DNA of 64,000 nucleotides from Bacteroidales bacterium (GTDB lineage Bacteria; Bacteroidota; Bacteroidia; Bacteroidales; WRLA01): NCBI GenBank assembly GCA_963676415.1, contig OY781097.1, positions 1,282,497 to 1,346,496 of the forward strand, read 5' to 3'. Shown piece by piece: positions 58,440 to 64,000 of this stretch (position 1 is its first letter; each line of letters starts with the position of its first letter). The notes under the pieces were generated by a model. It saw only the letters and a program-made list of their open reading frames with translations, ran no database searches and was not told where the DNA came from. The position numbers and the translations under genes were made by a program.

Positions 58440-59510
58440 ATGCTTATGAAGAAAATGCTGAAATATTTGTTGCTGCCGCCTCTGGCTTTTGTGCTGTACT
58501 TTGTAGCTGTGCTTCTTATCGCTTATTTTAAGGATTATAAGCCCGAAAGAATTGAGCGGCTAAGCCTGCACAGCCCTGAGCCTAAAGAAATTATGGCGCT
58601 TCCATTGGACACTTTCAGTATTATGAGCTGGAATATTGGTTATGCCGGACTGGGTGCAGAAGAAGATTTTTTTTATGACGGAGGCCAGATGGTGCGCCCA
58701 ACCGAAGAACGGATAAACCAAAATCTGACAGGAATTTCTGATTTTCTGCTCGATCACGATAATGTGAGCTTTATCCTGCTTCAGGAAGTGGATCGCGGAT
58801 CGAAACGTTCCTATGAGCAAGATCAGGAAAAATTCCTTCTCAACGAATTATGGTTCTACAGCGGCGCTTTTGCCCCAAATTACAAAGTTCCTTTTGTGCC
58901 TGTACCGCTTTTCCACCCCATGGGCAGTGTCTTGAGTGGGCTTTTGAGCTTATCGCTGCCACTGCCGGTATCGTCCGAGCGTTATGCTTTTGAAGGAAAT
59001 TTTGCCTTCCCGAAAAAACTTTTCATGCTCGACCGCTGTTTTATTCTGAGCCGTTTCCAGATGACCAACCGAAAGCAACTGGTCATCATCAATACGCATA
59101 ATTCGGCTTTTGACGATGGCAGCCTCAGGCTTGAACAACTGGATAAACTCAGGCAGATTATGACAACCGAATACAAGAAAGGAAATTATATAATTATCGG
59201 TGGGGACTGGAACATGGCGCCCGGTTTTTTTAAAGCAGGAATGATCCGCAATGGTGATAAAGCAAAAGAAAACCCAGACCGCATTCCCACCGACTGGCTG
59301 CCCAAAGGCTGGTCGTATGTAACGGAACATCACACACCAACAAACCGTTCAGTTGCAACTTCGTATGAAAAAGGGCAAACTGAAGTGCAACTCATTGATT
59401 TTTTTGTTGTTTCACCAAATTTGCAGCCCCTGGCAATTAAAAATACCGACCTTTCGTTTAAATATTCAGACCATCAGCCGGTGCTGATGCAGTTTACTTT
59501 TAAAAAATAA
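58440..59510 (+). CDS. Endonuclease/exonuclease/phosphatase family protein (membrane-anchored)
   Basis: SWNIGY, LQEVD, NTH, GGDWN, IDFF and SDHQP motifs. Confidence 0.9.
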   Translation: MLMKKMLKYLLLPPLAFVLYFVAVLLIAYFKDYKPERIERLSLHSPEPKEIMALPLDTFSIMSWNIGYAGLGAEEDFFYDGGQMVRPTEERINQNLTGISDFLLDHDNVSFILLQEVDRGSKRSYEQDQEKFLLNELWFYSGAFAPNYKVPFVPVPLFHPMGSVLSGLLSLSLPLPVSSERYAFEGNFAFPKKLFMLDRCFILSRFQMTNRKQLVIINTHNSAFDDGSLRLEQLDKLRQIMTTEYKKGNYIIIGGDWNMAPGFFKAGMIRNGDKAKENPDRIPTDWLPKGWSYVTEHHTPTNRSVATSYEKGQTEVQLIDFFVVSPNLQPLAIKNTDLSFKYSDHQPVLMQFTFKK

Positions 59511-59513
59511 ATT

Positions 59514-59990
59514 ATGAAATTTTTGAAATATACATTTACGGCCTTTTTAATTTTCATGCTTTTTTCCTGTGGTTCAAATGGTGTGAAAAAGCAACAATAC
59601 ACTTTTGAAGATAACCGCTGGGGTGTTTCTGTGCACCCGGAATTTGTTTTTCGCATGAATGACACTCAGGGTGAATATCAGATTTTGGCCGATATTGAAC
59701 ATACTTCTGCGCTCTTGCTTGATGATCTCGAACTGGCACTAAATATAGAATCCGATGCAGGAGAAAAACGCAGCTTGGATGTTGTTTTACCGATCCGTCA
59801 ACGCAATGGCGCTTTCAAAGGCGAATTAAAAGGAGATTACCGCCAGCTTTGCGTGCCCCTTCGCCATCACTTTAAATTTCACAGCAAAGGAAATTATACA
59901 TTTACCCTTTGGAATATCACCGGGAAAAGCAGCCTGAAAGGAATTCATAAAATCGGGATTGTAATTAAGAAAGAAGAGGATGCGCATTAA
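59514..59990 (+). CDS. GldH-like lipoprotein
   Basis: Lipobox LFSC; W...F pattern; GNYTFTL...LKGIHKIGI C-terminus. Confidence 0.6.
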   Translation: MKFLKYTFTAFLIFMLFSCGSNGVKKQQYTFEDNRWGVSVHPEFVFRMNDTQGEYQILADIEHTSALLLDDLELALNIESDAGEKRSLDVVLPIRQRNGAFKGELKGDYRQLCVPLRHHFKFHSKGNYTFTLWNITGKSSLKGIHKIGIVIKKEEDAH

Positions 59991-60007
59991 GTGCACCACT
60001 ATTGTTG

Positions 60008-60988
60008 ATGAATATAAATCCAAAAGAAATATTTTCGCTTGCTGACGAACAGGCATTTCAAAATTTAGCCCTGCGGATGTTTGATATGCAAATAAAACAA
60101 AATCAGGTATATCGCGATTTCGTTAAAAATGCTTTCCCGACAAATTTCCAACCGGAAGTATTAAGCCAAATCCCTTTTCTGCCCATTTCTTTTTTCAAGC
60201 AGCACCGCATTGCTTGTTGGCCTAAAAAAAAGGAAGAAATTTGTTTCCTCAGTAGCGGTACCGGTGGCATGAGCCAAAGCAGGCATTATGTTTCGGATTT
60301 ATCTGTTTATGATGAATCTTTCCTCAGGGCTTTTGAATTATTTTACGGCCCTGCTAAGAAAATACGTATTCTGGCCTTGCTTCCCGCCTATTTGGAACGT
60401 AAAGGCAGCTCCCTGATTTATATGGTTGAAAAGCTTATCAAAATAAGCGATCATGAGCAAAGCGGATTTTACCTGAACAACCTTGAAGAATTAAGCCGGC
60501 ATCTGGCCGAACCCACAGAATCCAAAACATTGTTGATTGGCGTAAGCTTTGCCTTGCTCGATCTGGCGGAACAATTTCCGCAAAAGCTCGGAAACACAAT
60601 TGTTATGGAAACCGGCGGTATGAAAGGGCGCCGCAAAGAAATGATACGTGAAGAACTGCACGAAAGCTTATGCAACGCTTTTGGACTTAATGAAATTCAT
60701 TCGGAATACGGCATGACAGAACTTTTGAGCCAGGCGTATTCCAATGGCAACGGACGCTTTTATTGCCCGCCTTGGATGAAGGTTTTAATTCGGGACACCA
60801 ATGATCCTTTTACCATTTTCTCCCGCGGAAAAAGCGGGGGCATTAACGTGATCGACCTGGCCAATATAAATTCCTGCCCATTTATTGCTACACAGGATCT
60901 GGGAAAAAGAGATCCGGATGGTAGCTTTGAAGTGTTGGGGCGTTTTGACGAAAGCGATGTGCGTGGCTGTAATTTGATGGTAATCTAG
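60008..60988 (+). CDS. LuxE-like acyl-protein synthetase/acyltransferase
   Basis: IPFLPISFFK, SSGT, ETGGMKGRR, SEYGMTEL, TQDLG and RGCN motifs. Confidence 0.85.
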   Translation: MNINPKEIFSLADEQAFQNLALRMFDMQIKQNQVYRDFVKNAFPTNFQPEVLSQIPFLPISFFKQHRIACWPKKKEEICFLSSGTGGMSQSRHYVSDLSVYDESFLRAFELFYGPAKKIRILALLPAYLERKGSSLIYMVEKLIKISDHEQSGFYLNNLEELSRHLAEPTESKTLLIGVSFALLDLAEQFPQKLGNTIVMETGGMKGRRKEMIREELHESLCNAFGLNEIHSEYGMTELLSQAYSNGNGRFYCPPWMKVLIRDTNDPFTIFSRGKSGGINVIDLANINSCPFIATQDLGKRDPDGSFEVLGRFDESDVRGCNLMVI

Positions 60989-62104
60989 TGTTATAATTAT
61001 AAAGTTAATTAACTAATATTTTATTATCTTTGCCACATGGCAAGGATAGGAAAACCCATTCAGATAACAACGGAAGAGAAGGCAGAGCTTCTTTCCATGA
61101 GCCGTTCACACAAACTTGAAAAACGTTACGTTGAGCGTGCCGAGATAATTATATTATCCGATCAAGGTTTATCGATGAGTGAAATAGTAGAGCAAACAGG
61201 GCTTAGTAGACCTGTAGTAAATAAATGGAGACAACGATTTCGCGAGCAAGGTATTACAGGTTTGAAGGATGCTTACCGAAGTGGAAAACCAAAGGTTATC
61301 ACTGCAGAACAACAGGCTATGGTAATTGAGAAAGCCTGCACAAAGCCAGATGACGGATACACTAACTGGCCTCAAGAACGTATCGCCAAAGAAGTAGGGA
61401 TTAGCCAGTCTAAAGTATTTCAGATTCTTAAACAAGCAGACATAAAGCCACATAAAATTGAGTATTGGTGCGGCAAGTCAAAAGACCCAGAGTTTGAAGA
61501 AAAAATGACCAACATTGTTGGGCTTTACATGTCGCCACCAGAAAACGCTTTGGTTATTTGTGTTGACGAAAAAACTCAAATACAGGCACTCGATAGAACT
61601 CAGCCAGAGTTGCCATTACGGCCAGGAAATCCGAAAAGACAAACAGCCACCTACAAACGCAACGGAACTGTTTCGTTAATTGCGGCACTTGCAGTGCATA
61701 CAGGTGAAGTAACAGCCAAAACAATTAAATCAGATAATGCAGAAAACTTCTTAAAGTTCTTAAAATCACTTGATAGGAAATACAGAAACAAAAAGCTTCA
61801 CATAATTGCAGACAACCTTTCGGTACATAAACATAAAGACGTTAAGGAGTGGCTGAAAGGAAAAAGGAAAATCACATTGCACTTCACCCCAACGTATTCT
61901 TCTTGGTTGAATCAAGTCGAGATATGGTTCAATATATTAACAAAGGATGTTGTAAAAGGAGGTGTTTGGAAATCATCAGAACAATTGGCTTCTCAACTTA
62001 TTGAATACGTGAAAACATACAATGAGACACGTGCTAAGCCCTTTCGATGGACTTATACTGGTGATGCATTGAAAATTAGTTAACTTATTAAATAATTAAT
62101 ACAC
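60988..62104 (+). mobile_element. IS630 family insertion sequence
   Basis: Imperfect ~30 bp TIRs (GTGTTATAATTAT...TTAACTAAT); TA duplicated at 60986-60987 and 62105-62106 within CTAG. Confidence 0.92.
61037..62083 (+). CDS. IS630 family transposase
   Basis: N-terminal HTH; DDE triad in VDEKTQIQAL, ADNLSVH and SWLNQVEIWF; C-terminal PFRW. Confidence 0.96.
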   Translation: MARIGKPIQITTEEKAELLSMSRSHKLEKRYVERAEIIILSDQGLSMSEIVEQTGLSRPVVNKWRQRFREQGITGLKDAYRSGKPKVITAEQQAMVIEKACTKPDDGYTNWPQERIAKEVGISQSKVFQILKQADIKPHKIEYWCGKSKDPEFEEKMTNIVGLYMSPPENALVICVDEKTQIQALDRTQPELPLRPGNPKRQTATYKRNGTVSLIAALAVHTGEVTAKTIKSDNAENFLKFLKSLDRKYRNKKLHIIADNLSVHKHKDVKEWLKGKRKITLHFTPTYSSWLNQVEIWFNILTKDVVKGGVWKSSEQLASQLIEYVKTYNETRAKPFRWTYTGDALKIS

Positions 62105-62106
62105 TA

Positions 62107-62134
62107 GCCTGAACAATTCACAAAATATTCAGGC
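62107..62134 (+). terminator. Hairpin, probably the original terminator of the LuxE-like gene
   Basis: GCCTGAA/TTCAGGC stem immediately after the IS right end. Confidence 0.4.
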
Positions 62135-62359
62135 GAGTGTCTTTTCCTTCCGGCTTTATTCTGTGTATAAACGGACAATCTAATGGACGAATACGGACAC
62201 AATTGCATTTGTTGACAGCACGTATTGCATGTAAGTTATATTAATTCAAGGCTTTATAATTTTTGGCACGGATTTCGGTGTAAGGGGGAAAAAATTACCA
62301 TGGAAGCAATCCCGACATGCTGTATAAACGGGATTGCTTCTTTCAAAGAAAAATGCATC

Positions 62360-62671
62360 ATGAAAATTGACCTGAGACCCAACGAGACCGTGATCCGCGC
62401 AGGCGACAGCAAATACCTGAACGGTGGTGGTGATGCAGTGAAAGGAAAATTGATCATCACAAATCAACGGATCTATTTTTTCTCTTTAAACGGTTATTCC
62501 GGAGATCAGCAACTTGCTGTGGAACCCTCTGAAATTAGCGATGTAATGTATTTTAAATCAGGTTTTTTGCAGTCGAACGGCCTCAATCTTGTTACCAAAG
62601 CGGGCAAAGAACTCCGCTTTATAATAAGAAACCGAAATTCCTGGGGCGAAATGATCTGCAAAATGTGTTAG
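62360..62671 (+). CDS. Small GRAM/PH-like domain protein
   Basis: AVKGKLIITNQRIYF pattern followed by beta strands and a terminal helix containing W; start uncertain (62300 is possible). Confidence 0.7.
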   Translation: MKIDLRPNETVIRAGDSKYLNGGGDAVKGKLIITNQRIYFFSLNGYSGDQQLAVEPSEISDVMYFKSGFLQSNGLNLVTKAGKELRFIIRNRNSWGEMICKMC

Positions 62672-62707
62672 GCCACTTGTCATCCAAATATTTACCCTCT
62701 CCGAAAC

Positions 62708-62741
62708 GAGCCAGACCACCCGGTCCGGCTCTTTCTTTTTT
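62708..62741 (+). terminator. Rho-independent terminator
   Basis: GAGCCAGACC-ACCC-GGTCCGGCTC followed by a T-tract. Confidence 0.75.
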
Positions 62742-63108
62742 CCTGCCAATGAATATAGCCAAAAATGTCCAAATCTTCACCAAACACTGAATTACAGTAA
62801 TTTATACCCACTTTTTATAAAGCCTAAACATCCTAAGTCCAGGCTTGTTCTTTTTTCTGTATTGGAACAATTTTATGCATATCCCAATTAAACAAAAGCG
62901 AGCAAAGTCGGTCTGTATATAAAATAGTTTTTATATCTTTGGGCTTGAAAATCTGGATATTTATTCGGATTGACCGTTTAGAACGACTGAAAAAATATTG
63001 AAAAACAGTGAATTTGGATATTTTTTCAAACAATTGTTCTTGTTTTTAGAAATTTTAAAATTAGCATTTTATAGGATTTAACCATTTATTAACCAAATTT
63101 TTAACATT

Positions 63109-64000
63109 ATGAGAAAACTATTTACTCTTGCAATGATGATGGTGTTTGCATTCGCTTTGAATGCTCAGGTCATCTTTGAAGACAATTTCGAAAGCTATGG
63201 CGTAGGCGAATACATAGCTGAGAATTCTGATGTTTGGACTACTTGGAACAATGCTCCCGGCGGCGCTGAAGATGCTGTTGCTTCTGATGCTTTTGCACAT
63301 AGCCCAACAAAATCAATGCACATTAGTGGAACCAACGATATGGTTCTTCCTATGGGCAACAAAACCAGCGGCAAATACAATGTAAACTTCTACATTTACG
63401 TAGAAAATGACGGTAATTCCGAAGGTTATTTTAATTTACAACACTATGAAGCCCCAGGTACTGAGTGGGCCATTGAGGTTTTTTTCAACCTTGATGCCAC
63501 AGGTCATGTGAACGCAAATGGTGAAGAAATTTCTTTTGATTATACGCAAGGTGCATGGGTTTATGTTGAAACTATCATTGATATAGATGCTGACGAAGCA
63601 ATGATTTATATTGATGGCAGCCATGTTTATACATGGCCTTTTGCAACTCAAGCCAGTGGTGGCGCAGGTGCAGCACAGCTTGGCAGTATGAACGTTTATG
63701 CAGGTTCTGAAACAGGAACAGCAAACTTTTATATGGACGATGTGGTTTATGAATCCGTTCCTTCTTCGCTTTTCTTTGATGATTTCGAAGACTATGCAGA
63801 TGGCGCTTATGTAGCTGAAAACTCTGATGTTTGGACTACCTGGAACGATGCTCCTGCAACTGCTGAAGATGCCGTTATTTCTTCTGCATTCTCAAATAGC
63901 CCAACACAATCAATGCACGTGAGCGGAACAAACGACATGGTTCTTCCTCTTGGAAACAAAACCAGCGGTCAGTTCTGGGTAAACATGTACTATTACGTTG
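63109..64000 (+). CDS. Secreted protein with tandem ~200-aa beta-sandwich (ConA/adhesin-like) domains; 3' end runs off the window
   Basis: Not in the ORF track. Starts MRKLFTLAMMMVFAFALNAQVIFEDNFESY and is open to the window end; ENSDVWTTWN...GTNDMVLPxGNKTSG occurs twice, 600 nt apart. Confidence 0.85.
   Translation, partial: MRKLFTLAMMMVFAFALNAQVIFEDNFESYGVGEYIAENSDVWTTWNNAPGGAEDAVASDAFAHSPTKSMHISGTNDMVLPMGNKTSGKYNVNFYIYVENDGNSEGYFNLQHYEAPGTEWAIEVFFNLDATGHVNANGEEISFDYTQGAWVYVETIIDIDADEAMIYIDGSHVYTWPFATQASGGAGAAQLGSMNVYAGSETGTANFYMDDVVYESVPSSLFFDDFEDYADGAYVAENSDVWTTWNDAPATAEDAVISSAFSNSPTQSMHVSGTNDMVLPLGNKTSGQFWVNMYYYV

Noticed and set aside
60008-60988. Bioluminescence (lux) operon
   Set aside because: Only a LuxE-like gene is present with no luxAB or luxCD; such stand-alone genes are common in Bacteroidota.
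62750-63100. ORF 62833-63033 and possible att-like sequence
   Set aside because: AT-rich promoter region of the downstream secreted gene; no integrase or tRNA nearby.

Overview
This 64 kb window looks like a Bacteroidota (Bacteroidales-like) chromosome, based on TAnnTTTG -7 promoter boxes, gldD/gldE/gldH-like genes and many T9SS C-terminal sorting domains. Housekeeping genes include dxs, tsaB, purN, recJ, a polyprenyl synthase, corA and PhoBR-like and LytST-like two-component pairs. Between them lie several accessory features: (i) a doubly frameshifted vapBC-like pair; (ii) a MarR-controlled symporter/GNAT/alanine-racemase cluster with two matching palindromic operators; (iii) a ~7 kb T9SS/RHS polymorphic-toxin island bracketed by REP-like palindromes; (iv) the top candidate system, an operon encoding a membrane class III nucleotide cyclase with non-canonical specificity residues, an SdiA-regulated-type beta-propeller, a phosphoesterase/kinase-like/Omp85 fusion and a PAP2 phosphatase, convergent on a degenerate-HD/Pycsar-effector-like membrane protein; (v) two tandem MITE-like structured repeats inside the phoBR-like operon; (vi) an intact IS630 inserted in a stop codon. 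No rRNA, tRNA or CRISPR array was seen. All family names come from motif recognition by eye and were not confirmed by database search.
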